IMG/VR virus record: IMGVR_UViG_3300025528_000005
Location: 5,139-69,138 of that record
From: a virus
Length of the DNA stretch: 64,000 nt
Direction: 5' to 3' (one strand)
In this document: positions 1-9,444 of the stretch, in pieces
Numbering within the stretch: position 1 is the stretch's first letter
How the letters are laid out: every line of letters starts with the position of its first letter
Made by a program: the position numbers and the translations under genes
The notes under the pieces: model-generated
Database searches by the model: none
The model's input: the letters and a program-made list of their open reading frames with translations, nothing else
What the model was told of the DNA's origin: nothing

Positions 1-842
1 TTCCGAAGGGTTACAAGGAAAACGCCGAAGCCCTACTCGCCCGCATGGGTGAGGTCATTGAGGGCATCGGCGATGAACCCATTCGCTGGAAGCCGCCTCT
101 TCTTCGCCTGGTTCAAGGAACAACCGATCGCACCTCGATCCCCAAGGGGACGGCGATCGGCGATATGCTTCTGGGAGAGCAGAAGCTCGAACAGCCTGTA
201 AAAATCATCCCGCTCCGCATGTGGACCGGTCGCCAGTATTGGAGCCCGGATCAGAACGAGAATAAGATGCTCTGTTCGAGCCCAGACGGCAAGCTCGGAT
301 ACACCTATGGCTACTGCAATCAGTGCCAGTACTCGGTCTTCAACGAGGAGACTCGTAAGTCTGAGTGCAGCAAGACAAAGAACATCCTTGTCATCAAATC
401 GGACTTCTCTGAGTTGTTCCAGGTGACGTTCGCCAAGACCAACTACAAAGTCGGTATGGAGCTCGAAAGTCTGATGAAGAAGGCTGGAGTGGCTCCCTAT
501 CGCCGGGTCTATGGCCTGACGTCTGAGACGAACTCCCAGTACAAGAACGTGGAGAACTTCGCCATCGAGATCCTGGACGCAAAGGAAAGGGTTACCGACG
601 AGGCTCTCATTCCGTTCCTGACGGAGCTCTTCAAGGTGATCGGAGAAGACCGCAAGGAGTCGATCGACCGGTTCTACGAGATCGTCAACGAGCGTCGTGA
701 ACAGGGTCAGCTGGCAGCTCCGGAGCCGACCTTTGGTGGCGCAGACTCAACTGTGCTGATCGAGGACGGGTCAAGCGACGGTGCTTCGGCTGATGGCGGT
801 GAGGCCCAGGTAAGCGATTTGGCTCGCAACTACCAGGTCTAA
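1..842 (+). CDS. Hypothetical replication-associated protein, possibly SSB-like; 5'-truncated at window edge
   Basis: Frame is open upstream of ATG 45 to the window edge; Cys cluster (CSSPDG..CNQC..C) and acidic C-terminal tail; sits in the replication cluster. Confidence 0.5.
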   Translation, partial: PKGYKENAEALLARMGEVIEGIGDEPIRWKPPLLRLVQGTTDRTSIPKGTAIGDMLLGEQKLEQPVKIIPLRMWTGRQYWSPDQNENKMLCSSPDGKLGYTYGYCNQCQYSVFNEETRKSECSKTKNILVIKSDFSELFQVTFAKTNYKVGMELESLMKKAGVAPYRRVYGLTSETNSQYKNVENFAIEILDAKERVTDEALIPFLTELFKVIGEDRKESIDRFYEIVNERREQGQLAAPEPTFGGADSTVLIEDGSSDGASADGGEAQVSDLARNYQV

Positions 843-849
843 GTGATGT

Positions 850-872
850 GCGGGCCCTTTTCTTGGGCCCGC
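850..872 (+). terminator. Intergenic hairpin
   Basis: GCGGGCCC-ttttctt-GGGCCCGC. Confidence 0.45.
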
Positions 873-891
873 GTCGATTCATTCACAGGAA

Positions 892-1431
892 GTGATTTTG
901 GAACTTGAGGATAAGAACCTTCAAGAGGTTCCTCCTGACGAACTTGCCGCGATCCCTGAATTTCTCAAAGATATGAGCTCGTTGGTGACCGTGGATCCGA
1001 TACCGGCAGACGAGATAGGGGACCGTTGTTTTTCACTTCTCGGAGGCCGTGTCGTGTTCGGAATTCTCTTGGCAGAATTGCCGGACTCTTTTTTAGTAGC
1101 TCTGGCTTCCAGTCTGGTCAGCGACGGAAACACCGTCGAAGGGAAGCTTCTCACGGCATCACCTGTCATTCGATTGTTCAAGAACGGCGTGGCCTTCATG
1201 TCAACGCCGGAGCCGGAACATCGATACTACTACTACCGGCACATCAACCAGCTACGGGACAAGATGCCGGGTTTCTTCAATCCGACCCGAGTGGAGAAGA
1301 TTGAAGCCACGATAGCCCTTTGGGCTGACAAAGATAGGTCGGGACGGTTGAACTCGTCGTCCGGCTCGACCGGGAGGGATAAGGTCAATCCGGACCTATT
1401 TTCCCCCTATGTAAGTACGACGAGGCACTAA
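892..1431 (+). CDS. Hypothetical protein
   Basis: 179-aa ORF with AGGAA upstream, co-oriented in the operon. Confidence 0.7.
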   Translation: MILELEDKNLQEVPPDELAAIPEFLKDMSSLVTVDPIPADEIGDRCFSLLGGRVVFGILLAELPDSFLVALASSLVSDGNTVEGKLLTASPVIRLFKNGVAFMSTPEPEHRYYYYRHINQLRDKMPGFFNPTRVEKIEATIALWADKDRSGRLNSSSGSTGRDKVNPDLFSPYVSTTRH

Positions 1432-1438
1432 CGATGGT

Positions 1439-2365
1439 ATGGATAAGATTGAAGCCTTTGTAAAAGGCGTTGAAGAGAAAGATGCCGCCACTCCTAATTT
1501 CGAATTAGACAAATACAGTCTCGCTCCGTGGTCTATCTCGAAGCTCAAGTGTCTTCAGAAATGTCCCTTCAACTTCTACTTGAAGTATGTGCTGAAGGTG
1601 AAAGTCCCTGAGGACATCGCTGCCAAGCAAGATTCGCTTTCCGCGGACGTCGGTTCATCGGCACACCGAATTCTCGAACTCATCGTTCTCGGCAGGGACG
1701 TTCCTACGGCCTATAAACTGGCCAAAGCGGAGTTTGTCCCGAAAAAGCTGACGGAAGAGCAGTGGAAAGAGTACGTTGAAACTCTGGAAATGAGCGTTAT
1801 CTCGTTCCAAGAACGGATGCAAAGGCTTGAACGCAACTACAAGATCAAGAGGCTTTTGACCGAGCTTCGGATGGGCGTAACCAAGGACTGGGAGCCGACG
1901 GAGTTCTTTGCCGACGATGTCTACTTCCGAGGCATCATAGACCTGGTCGTCCAACTCGAGAACCTCGACATCATCATCATCGATCACAAAACCGGTGGTG
2001 GAGAAGGTAGCATCCGCGCTTACGAAGATCAGTTGGACTCTTACAAAGCCCTCTTTCACAAAGGGAAGATGGCCGTGAAAGGGGCGCAGGCTGGTATTCA
2101 CTTCATCAAAGCCCAGGACGTCAAGATGGGTGAGTTCTCGTCCGTCGAGGATATCGAGAAGAAGATCATTGCCAATCTTGAATGGACTCTCGAGGGAGCT
2201 GTTGAGCGAGTGAAAGAGCTTGGGTACTGGAAACACATCCGAGGATCGCACTGCAAATGGTGTGACTACGATCAGGTCGGATGCAAAGAGGGTTTGTTCA
2301 AGCCTCTGGAGCTGGGAACCAAGCGTTTCTTCGAAATCAAGCCGATCCCTGCTGAAGCAGAGTGA
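1439..2365 (+). CDS. Cas4-like/RecB-family PD-(D/E)XK exonuclease
   Basis: WSISKL..CP N-terminal motif, GIIDL..DHKTG nuclease motif, C-terminal CKWCDY..C Fe-S cysteines. Confidence 0.88.
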   Translation: MDKIEAFVKGVEEKDAATPNFELDKYSLAPWSISKLKCLQKCPFNFYLKYVLKVKVPEDIAAKQDSLSADVGSSAHRILELIVLGRDVPTAYKLAKAEFVPKKLTEEQWKEYVETLEMSVISFQERMQRLERNYKIKRLLTELRMGVTKDWEPTEFFADDVYFRGIIDLVVQLENLDIIIIDHKTGGGEGSIRAYEDQLDSYKALFHKGKMAVKGAQAGIHFIKAQDVKMGEFSSVEDIEKKIIANLEWTLEGAVERVKELGYWKHIRGSHCKWCDYDQVGCKEGLFKPLELGTKRFFEIKPIPAEAE

Positions 2366-2516
2366 TCACGCTATCCCTGAAGTCAGGCCTCATCTGATTT
2401 CAGGGATAGTCTCTTCTTCAAACAAGTAATTTCGCCGCCTATACCTATGCGCACTCTTTGTGTCGTGAAGGCATTAGTGCGCTATAGTTATAGTTTCTGT
2501 ATACCGGAATGCATGT

Positions 2517-5459
2517 ATGTTTGAATTAATCAAAGCGAACGTAAATCTCCTTGAGGTCATTTCCAAGGATCTTGGCGTAGAGCTCAAGCCGGTTGGGAGC
2601 GAAAACTACGGGATCGAAGACGAGAGAGATCACGGGGGCTGCCCCTTCTGCGGCCACAACGACTGCTTCCGAGTCAAGTTCGTTGAAGATGACCAGGCCG
2701 GTTCGTTCTTCAAGTGTTTCTCATGTGATGAACATGGAGATGTGATCACTTGGAGGGCCAAGCGCAAGGGCATTTCCATGAAAGATGCTGCCCTGGAGCT
2801 AGCCAAGGAGTACGACGTTCAGCTGCCGAACGATTGGTCTCCTATGCAGGAGATTTTCCGCCTGGCTGCACACTACTACGAAACCTGTCTCTGGGAGACC
2901 TGCAATCGCCCCTATCTGGAACTCGGACGGATGACACCGATCGAGTATCAGAAGCAAGTCCGGAGACACAGTGAGGAAGCTCTAAGGGAGTGGCATGTCG
3001 GTTGGAGCGACGGTGGTCTCATCGATTATCTCGATGGACTCGGTTTTGACGAAGAGCTGCTAAAGCAAAGCGGTCTGGCGTCGGTCGACAAGAAAACCGG
3101 TAAGATCCGTGGAGATTTCCTGCCGGCGAAGTGCTTCATCTACCCTCACTACGTCAAGGGTCGAGTAAGCCACTTTACGTTCAAGGATAGCAACAAGAAG
3201 CTAGCCTATCAGCTACCTAAGAAGTTCAGCCTCAACGGGCACATGTTCTACGGCCAGGATACGATCGATAAGGCCGATACCGTTGTCATCGTTGAGGGTG
3301 AGAACGATCTCCTGTCGTGCTGGGGTACGAAAAAGGTCCCGGCTGTCCTTGCCTGCATCGGACAGATTTCCGGCGATCAGCTTGACTGGATCAAGGACAA
3401 TCTCTCCGATAAGAACGTGATTACGATCTTCGATCCAGACGAAGCCGGTGACAAATATCGGATCAAGGTCGAGAAGCTTCGTCGATATGTGCGCAAGCTG
3501 GCTCACGTTCGACCTCCAGACGGTAAGGATATCGATGAACACCTTTCAGAAGGTGCTGATCTCGAAAGCCTTATCCTGAACAACGTCGTCAAGGTCGAAA
3601 TTCCAGTCGATCCAAAGAAGCCTGCGACGGTCACTGCGCCATGGGAGAAATCCGAGCCTGAGCTCTCTCCGGAAGCTCAGAGCTTCCAAGACAGGCTTGC
3701 CGAAGCCGGTCTGGCAGCCCCCGTAAGCGAGGAACAGAAGGATCGCCCTGAAATCGAAGGTCTCGTCGAGATCGAGGGTAATCCGATCGTCCAGCATAAA
3801 GGTTGCTACTGGCGAACCGAGTATAGAGACGGAGAGACGAAGTTCGTTAAGATTTCGGACTTCATCGTTCAGCTGCGCAACGTATTTCTCATGGAAGACG
3901 GTGAGCGCCGGCGTGAGGTGGTCATCATTCGGGAAGATGGCTATGTCAGCGATCCTGTCATGGTTGATTCGGAGACCAAGGTCTCCTTAAAGCCTTTCAG
4001 AACGTTGCTGGCTCGAGCAGCTGATGCGGATTTCCGAGGCCGAGAAAGTGATCTAGGTGGTATGTGGGACCTGGTCTACAGCCAGGCAAATGAGATTCTC
4101 GTCAGAGTTCCTCGTCAGGTCGGTCGACACGAGGGGGTCAAGGGATGGATCTTCCGTAACAAGTTCATCAGTGACACCGGCACGGTCACCGATCCGGACA
4201 AGGACGGGATCTTCTGGCTGCACGGACGCTCTATCGGCATCCGACCTGAGTCTCTGAACGTCTCTCAGATGCCGGCCGACGAAAAGGTCGACATCCCGGC
4301 CATCGACACGTCGTTGACGGTTGAGGAAAAGGATAAGCTCCTAGAGCAGGTGATTCAAAACCTGGCCCAAAACCGGAACAATCCTGGTCAGGCATTGACT
4401 CTACTCGGTTGGGTCTACTCCTGCATCCATTCGAATACGATCTTCGATCTGAACCGAGGATTCCCGTTCCTGTTCCTATGGGGGGTCAACGGCAAGGGCA
4501 AAACGACGATCGCTCGATGGATGCAAGATTTCTTCGACATGCGGATACCAGGATACACCTCGGTTCCTCAGCTTCGATCAGCTGTCGGCCTAGGTCGGAA
4601 AGTCCAATACTATTCGTCACTGCCGATCCTGATCGACGAAGTCCGATCCAATCGAGAAACTGAGGAATATCTCGGTCTGTTCCGGTCCTATTATGACCGC
4701 ACATCGCGGGACATGGGGACCAAGGACGGCTTTGGTGTCCGAGTCCAGGAGGTTCGCTCGACCTTCATCTTTGTCGGTGAGGATCAATTCGACGATCAGG
4801 CAACCAGAGAGCGTTGCATTCCTCTTCGCATTTCTCCGACGACAGGATCTCAGGACACCTTTCGGTGGCTCGAGGATCACAAACACATCTTCAGCGGGAT
4901 CACCTACCACTGGATTCTGGAGTCTTGCAGTTGGGACAAAGAGGAGCTCAAGGACGAGATCCGAGCCTTGGACAAGGAGCTCGTCGCTCTAGGCTGCCCA
5001 CAGCGAACTTCGAAAAACTGGGCGGCAGTTGGTGTTTTCGGGCTGAAGCTGGCCAGGCGGTATATGCCAGACTTCGACTACAAGGAGTTCCTCGTTGAGT
5101 CGGCGAAAAAGGAATCGTCGTATCAGAAGCAGGACACGACCTTGATGCAATTCTTTGAGTATGTGGAGGCAATTCAAGCTCAGGAAAATCCGAAGATAAC
5201 CAACAACCACATCATGGCTGATGGAGACGATCTGCATATCTGGTTTCCGCCGGTTTACAAGATCGTCCAGGACGAAGCTCGAGGAAAGTTCCCTTTCTCC
5301 AAGAACGCGGTTCTCTCTGCTCTTCGTGAAGAGAATTACTTCAAGAGCGAAGGGAAGAAAGTTCAAATGGGAATGAACGGGGTTCGGCGCGTAGTAGTCA
5401 CCTTGGACCTTACAAAAGCTCCGGACAGCGTGAAGAATATTGCCATGGCGAATAGTTAA
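2517..5459 (+). CDS. DNA primase (CHC2 zinc finger + TOPRIM) fused to a P-loop helicase-like domain
   Basis: CPFC.H..CFSC; VEGEND and FDPDEAG TOPRIM motifs; GVNGKGKTT Walker A, LIDE Walker B. Confidence 0.88.
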   Translation: MFELIKANVNLLEVISKDLGVELKPVGSENYGIEDERDHGGCPFCGHNDCFRVKFVEDDQAGSFFKCFSCDEHGDVITWRAKRKGISMKDAALELAKEYDVQLPNDWSPMQEIFRLAAHYYETCLWETCNRPYLELGRMTPIEYQKQVRRHSEEALREWHVGWSDGGLIDYLDGLGFDEELLKQSGLASVDKKTGKIRGDFLPAKCFIYPHYVKGRVSHFTFKDSNKKLAYQLPKKFSLNGHMFYGQDTIDKADTVVIVEGENDLLSCWGTKKVPAVLACIGQISGDQLDWIKDNLSDKNVITIFDPDEAGDKYRIKVEKLRRYVRKLAHVRPPDGKDIDEHLSEGADLESLILNNVVKVEIPVDPKKPATVTAPWEKSEPELSPEAQSFQDRLAEAGLAAPVSEEQKDRPEIEGLVEIEGNPIVQHKGCYWRTEYRDGETKFVKISDFIVQLRNVFLMEDGERRREVVIIREDGYVSDPVMVDSETKVSLKPFRTLLARAADADFRGRESDLGGMWDLVYSQANEILVRVPRQVGRHEGVKGWIFRNKFISDTGTVTDPDKDGIFWLHGRSIGIRPESLNVSQMPADEKVDIPAIDTSLTVEEKDKLLEQVIQNLAQNRNNPGQALTLLGWVYSCIHSNTIFDLNRGFPFLFLWGVNGKGKTTIARWMQDFFDMRIPGYTSVPQLRSAVGLGRKVQYYSSLPILIDEVRSNRETEEYLGLFRSYYDRTSRDMGTKDGFGVRVQEVRSTFIFVGEDQFDDQATRERCIPLRISPTTGSQDTFRWLEDHKHIFSGITYHWILESCSWDKEELKDEIRALDKELVALGCPQRTSKNWAAVGVFGLKLARRYMPDFDYKEFLVESAKKESSYQKQDTTLMQFFEYVEAIQAQENPKITNNHIMADGDDLHIWFPPVYKIVQDEARGKFPFSKNAVLSALREENYFKSEGKKVQMGMNGVRRVVVTLDLTKAPDSVKNIAMANS

Positions 5460-5464
5460 ACCGC

Positions 5465-5492
5465 TTGACAGTTTTACTTTGCGCTGTATAAA
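5465..5492 (+). promoter_or_regulatory. Sigma70-like promoter
   Basis: TTGACA-16 nt-TATAAA upstream of ORF 5525. Confidence 0.6.
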
Positions 5493-5524
5493 CTACGATC
5501 TGTGTTCAACTTCATTTTCCAGAA

Positions 5525-5806
5525 ATGTCCATCGTGAATACGAAGTATAATCATGCCTCTCGCCGCGGCCGAACCAATCGCAGCCAAAACAGCTTCTATG
5601 GTCCCGGCAAGTACAAATTCGCCATCTATCCGGACTATTGGAAAGAGTCATGGGGAGAGAAACCTCTGCTCGGATATGTCTGGGCTGACGACGAATTCTA
5701 CGCCGAGCGAGAGGCATACAATCGCGGTCTTCTGACCGTGAATTTCACCTTCCGGCCGAAGGCCGTGAAGCTTCATGCGCCGAGGGTCAAGGGGCCCCGG
5801 TCGTAA
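5525..5806 (+). CDS. Hypothetical protein
   Basis: 93-aa ORF downstream of the promoter. Confidence 0.65.
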   Translation: MSIVNTKYNHASRRGRTNRSQNSFYGPGKYKFAIYPDYWKESWGEKPLLGYVWADDEFYAEREAYNRGLLTVNFTFRPKAVKLHAPRVKGPRS

Positions 5807-5826
5807 CATCTCTTTTCAGGAACATT

Positions 5827-6105
5827 ATGACTACCAAAGCTGAATTCGTCGCTCGTCTGAGCGCAGAAACTGGCCTCTCGAAGAAGGAGGCTCTGTCGGC
5901 TCTCTCCGCCATGGAGAAGCTGGTCTACGAGGATCTCGCCTCCGGAGAGGCTGTCCTGCCTGGTCTTGGCAAACTGAAGGTTAAGCAGCGCGGCGAACGT
6001 GCCGGTCGCAATCCTCGTACTGGCGAAAACCTGACGATCGCTGCCCGCAAGGTTGTGAAGTTCGTAGCAACTAGCAAGCTCAAGCAGTTCGTACAGGGGG
6101 GTTAG
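5827..6105 (+). CDS. hup: HU/IHF-family histone-like DNA-binding protein
   Basis: LPGLGKLKV..R..R.GRNPRTGE.L.I.A..VVKF signature. Confidence 0.95.
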   Translation: MTTKAEFVARLSAETGLSKKEALSALSAMEKLVYEDLASGEAVLPGLGKLKVKQRGERAGRNPRTGENLTIAARKVVKFVATSKLKQFVQGG

Positions 6106-6133
6106 TCATATCAGGCTGACTTGATCCTCGATC

Positions 6134-6160
6134 AAAGCCGGGCCTAGGGTTCGGCTTTTT
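6134..6160 (+). terminator. Intrinsic terminator
   Basis: AAAGCCGG-loop-TCGGCTTTTT. Confidence 0.65.
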
Positions 6161-6176
6161 ACGTTAAGGAATCGTT

Positions 6177-6479
6177 ATGACCACCAATGTTCTACTCGGA
6201 GTGTTCCGATCATCGTCCTCCGGAACCAGCTCTTCAAATGGCCGTACTAGCTCTGGGAGTGAAAGCTCCGTCGGCGAGCGTCTTGTAGGCCTCGTCTCCA
6301 CACCAAAAGAAGCCACTGAACTGATCTCCAAGGATGGAGGTCGACTAGGCTTGGGTGAGTTACTGAAAACCCTTCTCAATGAAGAGATAGATCCTCAGAA
6401 TGAGTCGACGTTCTCCCTCTCGCAAACCTACCAATGGTCAGTGCGACCTATCGCTATCGGTGAGCTACTCGAACCGTGA
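6177..6479 (+). CDS. Hypothetical protein
   Basis: 100-aa ORF with AAGGA RBS. Confidence 0.65.
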   Translation: MTTNVLLGVFRSSSSGTSSSNGRTSSGSESSVGERLVGLVSTPKEATELISKDGGRLGLGELLKTLLNEEIDPQNESTFSLSQTYQWSVRPIAIGELLEP

Positions 6480-6603
6480 TCGTTTACGTAGACGACGAGC
6501 TCCGGAGGCCTAGCCAATATCCAGGTCCATCCCGGGTATAAGAAATATGTCAACGAGCCAGGTTTCGACCTGGCTTTTTTCTATGCTTTTGAAAGGAGCC
6601 AGC

Positions 6604-7476
6604 ATGAACGACGAAATCGATACGACCGCGGAGCCGTGGCCGTTTGACGGTGGAGGAGACGAGGGTTACGGCCCTGATGATGAATACGAAGAAGAAGAGG
6701 AAGATGAGGAAGATGAGGAAGATGAGGAAGATGAGGAAGATGAGGAAGCTCCTCTCTCACCTCCTCCTCTAACCGTAGTACGACGTGGTTCTTCAGGCGC
6801 GAATACAGCCTCTCAGAGCGTCGATCGGACTCAGGTGGCTATCCCACCCTTAACCATCTCTAAACGCGGCTCTGAGACCCCTCAAATCGCGTCAGAGACT
6901 CATTCTCCCCCTCCGCTGACCATCACAAAACGTGGATCGGTCCCGATCCCACCTCTCACAATTACTAAAAAAGAGGGGTGCAAGGAAGAGGTGAAGCCCC
7001 TAACCCCACCCCCTCTTACTGCTGTTAAAAAGCTTGACTACACCTATATGATCGTAGGTTTCAACCTGGAGAATGAACAGATTCGCATAGTGAAGCTGTT
7101 CACTGACATAGAGTGTCGGAACATAGATATGCGTGAGATTTCAGTGAGGAAGGACATCTTCCGTCGTTACCTCATTGATGACATTCAGACGCTTATAGGG
7201 GAAAGGGGAAACGAGTTCCTCTCTGAGCAAGAGAATCACCTGAGGATTCAAGGGTGCTCTGTGGCCCCTCAGAACTGGGCTCGGGGTGTCGTCCATCAGT
7301 GGGATCTCTTGGATATTCGGGACTACGACAGTCATGATGAAGATGAGGACGAGGACGAGGACGGGGAGGAAATCGATCGAGAGTATGAAGATCCCCTCCC
7401 CGTCTACCGTTGGGCCATTCTCCGGGTCAAATTAGGGGAGCCTATCTCTCTGAATCTGAGTCATATCTTCCTCTGA
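6604..7476 (+). CDS. Acidic low-complexity protein with repeated PPLT(I/V)xK motifs
   Basis: AAGGAG RBS before ATG 6604; poly-D/E tracts encoded by (GAAGATGAG)n; five PPLT repeats. Confidence 0.75.
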   Translation: MNDEIDTTAEPWPFDGGGDEGYGPDDEYEEEEEDEEDEEDEEDEEDEEAPLSPPPLTVVRRGSSGANTASQSVDRTQVAIPPLTISKRGSETPQIASETHSPPPLTITKRGSVPIPPLTITKKEGCKEEVKPLTPPPLTAVKKLDYTYMIVGFNLENEQIRIVKLFTDIECRNIDMREISVRKDIFRRYLIDDIQTLIGERGNEFLSEQENHLRIQGCSVAPQNWARGVVHQWDLLDIRDYDSHDEDEDEDEDGEEIDREYEDPLPVYRWAILRVKLGEPISLNLSHIFL

Positions 7477-7480
7477 GCAG

Positions 7481-7508
7481 CGGCGGGACTTCGGTCCCGT
7501 CTTTTTTA
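7481..7508 (+). terminator. Intrinsic terminator
   Basis: GGCGGGAC-TTCG-GTCCCGTC-TTTTTT. Confidence 0.8.
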
Positions 7509-7513
7509 GCCAC

Positions 7514-8046
7514 GTGTCCTGGGCTGTCCAAAAATGGCTGCACAGGACTGTTCTAATTTTTTCTTTTAAATCAACAACTTACTGAAGCGGTGTCCAATTT
7601 GTCCGGCTGGCTTCAAAAAATTGGACACACGAAACCCCGCATGAATAAAGGGGAAAGTGCCGATTTGTCCAAAAATTTGGAATTTTTAGGGAAACATACA
7701 TATCACTTTACTTTTTAGCTCTTAGAACTTGTGAAATCATTCGCCTCTATATATATAAATATAAATATTTTTTAAAACCTCAAATATAATAATATATAAA
7801 GAGGGCCGTATTTTTTGAATTCTAGTGAGATGAGTCCCGTACAAACCTTATGTATGTTTTCCTGAAAAAGGCGAATTTTTGGACAAATCGACACTTTCCC
7901 CTTTATTTTCAAAGGGTTTCGTGTGTCCAATTTTTCTGAGCGTTTTGGACACGGACGGAAATTTTTCCGTAAGTCCTTGATTTTTCGACACTTTTCTAAA
8001 ACTGAAATTGGACAGCTTTTTGGACAGGCCAGGACAAACTTGGACA
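7514..8046. repeat. Large imperfect inverted repeat around an AT-rich core; candidate replication origin
   Basis: 7616-7702 matches the reverse complement of 7849-7935; many TGTCC/GGACA units; inverted IHF-consensus sites at 7569-7581 and 7970-7982; AT-rich centre 7745-7800. Confidence 0.75.
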
Positions 8047-8080
8047 ACCCTCCTCTACTCTTCAGTGAACCAAGGATCCA

Positions 8081-8090
8081 TTGGTATAAG
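8081..8090 (+). promoter_or_regulatory. Phage promoter motif TTGGTATAAG (one of ~11 copies)
   Basis: Recurs at 6534, 11306, 15402, 21385, 23320, 23565, 26710, 36107, 36485, 39753 in front of + strand genes. Confidence 0.75.
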
Positions 8091-8175
8091 TCTTATAGAG
8101 TTGAAGAGAAGACTTAGATGCCGTATCATCTAGTCTTCTCTTTTCTTTCCCCACCTCTCTTCAAGGAAGTAAGGC

Positions 8176-9444
8176 ATGAAAGTTAGCTTACTCCCGCTGA
8201 ACGAGCTGTACGCAAGACCGAAGATTACAGCTGCCGTAGAAGCGGCGATTCAAGCCAAGGAAGACTTCTCACGGATCGCTCCGAACTATTGTGAGAAGGT
8301 ATGCAAGCTGAAATGCAAGGCACCTCAACGAGTTCAGCTACTCAATCAGGAGGTCGACATCCTGATCATCCAAGATCACATGGCTCCGAAAGGAAAATTC
8401 GATCGGACCGACGATGGTCAGGAGCAGATTCAACGATCCATCATCGACTTCATCTGCCGCCAAGCCGGTTTCAACGGCCTGAGGTACCGGCTCACCACTC
8501 TGCTGAAGTGCAAACCTAACGACCAGGATTTTCCGAAGGGAAAGCCGCCTACCATCACAGTCCTGCAGAAGTGCAAGCCATACCTGCTCGCTGAGATTGA
8601 GCGATGCAAGCCTAAGGTCATCATAAGCCTGTCGACGGCTGTGACCAAAGCGCTGGGTCTCAAGAAGCACAGCAACACCGGCAACCGCGGAGAGATCGTC
8701 GGAAACGTCGTCATCACCTTGCATCCTCGTGTCCTGACAATGATTCGTCAGAACTCTTCGGGAACCATGTGGGGCGCCGACTACTTCCGAGTGATTGTCC
8801 GGGATTTCAATAAGGCTGCCCGCATGGCTCGAGGTCAGCTGACCATACCAGATCTCCAAGAGGCGATCGAGTTCTACGCCAGGAACCGAATTGCCTTTGC
8901 CCGATCTCTGCAGGACGTCAAGGCGATCGTCGACACGATCAATGCGCTGCCAGAACGAGCAACCATTTCGTTCGATACCGAGACGACTGGCTTGGATCCA
9001 TGGGCCCCGGACGCCAAGCTTCTGACCATCCAGTTTGGATGGAGAGATCCGAAGACAGGCAACATCCTGGCTGCGGTCATCCCTCTTTGGCATCGAGAGA
9101 ACACCTTCTTCGACGCTGACGAGGCCTGGCAGATGGTTGCACCTTTGCTTCTCAGCGACCGGCCTAAGGTTGGTCACAACTCCAAATTCGACATCCTCTA
9201 CATCGCCGTAACCACAGGAGTCCGAGTGAGGAACGTGGCGTTCGACACGCTTCTCATTCTGCACTCTATCGATTCCGGTGCCCAGGGTACTTACAGCCTG
9301 AAAACGGCGACCTGGGATTGGCTAGCTGATACGGGCATCGGTGGGTACGAAGATCTGCTTCCGAAACTTACCAAAGTCGAGGAGGTCGATGAGGAGGAGA
9401 ACGAAGACACTAACACTGAAGAGGTGCAAATTGAGTACGCTTGA
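8176..9444 (+). CDS. DNA polymerase A, N-terminal part: UDG-like domain + 3'-5' exonuclease (Exo I/II)
   Basis: CxxxC..LKCKP..CKPYLLAEI..KPKVII.L..TLHP (UDG family-4-like); FDTETTGL (ExoI); GHNSKFD (ExoII). Confidence 0.85.
   Translation: MKVSLLPLNELYARPKITAAVEAAIQAKEDFSRIAPNYCEKVCKLKCKAPQRVQLLNQEVDILIIQDHMAPKGKFDRTDDGQEQIQRSIIDFICRQAGFNGLRYRLTTLLKCKPNDQDFPKGKPPTITVLQKCKPYLLAEIERCKPKVIISLSTAVTKALGLKKHSNTGNRGEIVGNVVITLHPRVLTMIRQNSSGTMWGADYFRVIVRDFNKAARMARGQLTIPDLQEAIEFYARNRIAFARSLQDVKAIVDTINALPERATISFDTETTGLDPWAPDAKLLTIQFGWRDPKTGNILAAVIPLWHRENTFFDADEAWQMVAPLLLSDRPKVGHNSKFDILYIAVTTGVRVRNVAFDTLLILHSIDSGAQGTYSLKTATWDWLADTGIGGYEDLLPKLTKVEEVDEEENEDTNTEEVQIEYA

Noticed and set aside
1439-2365. Cas4-like gene as evidence of a CRISPR-Cas system
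   Set aside because: No repeat-spacer array or other cas genes seen; solo Cas4-like nucleases are common in phage replication modules
6690-6750. (GAAGATGAG)n tandem repeat as a regulatory or phase-variable element
   Set aside because: In-frame 9-mer that simply encodes an EDE acidic tract
7772-8117. ORFs 7772-8047(-) and 7923-8117(+)
   Set aside because: Fall within the inverted-repeat element; no RBS or protein-like features
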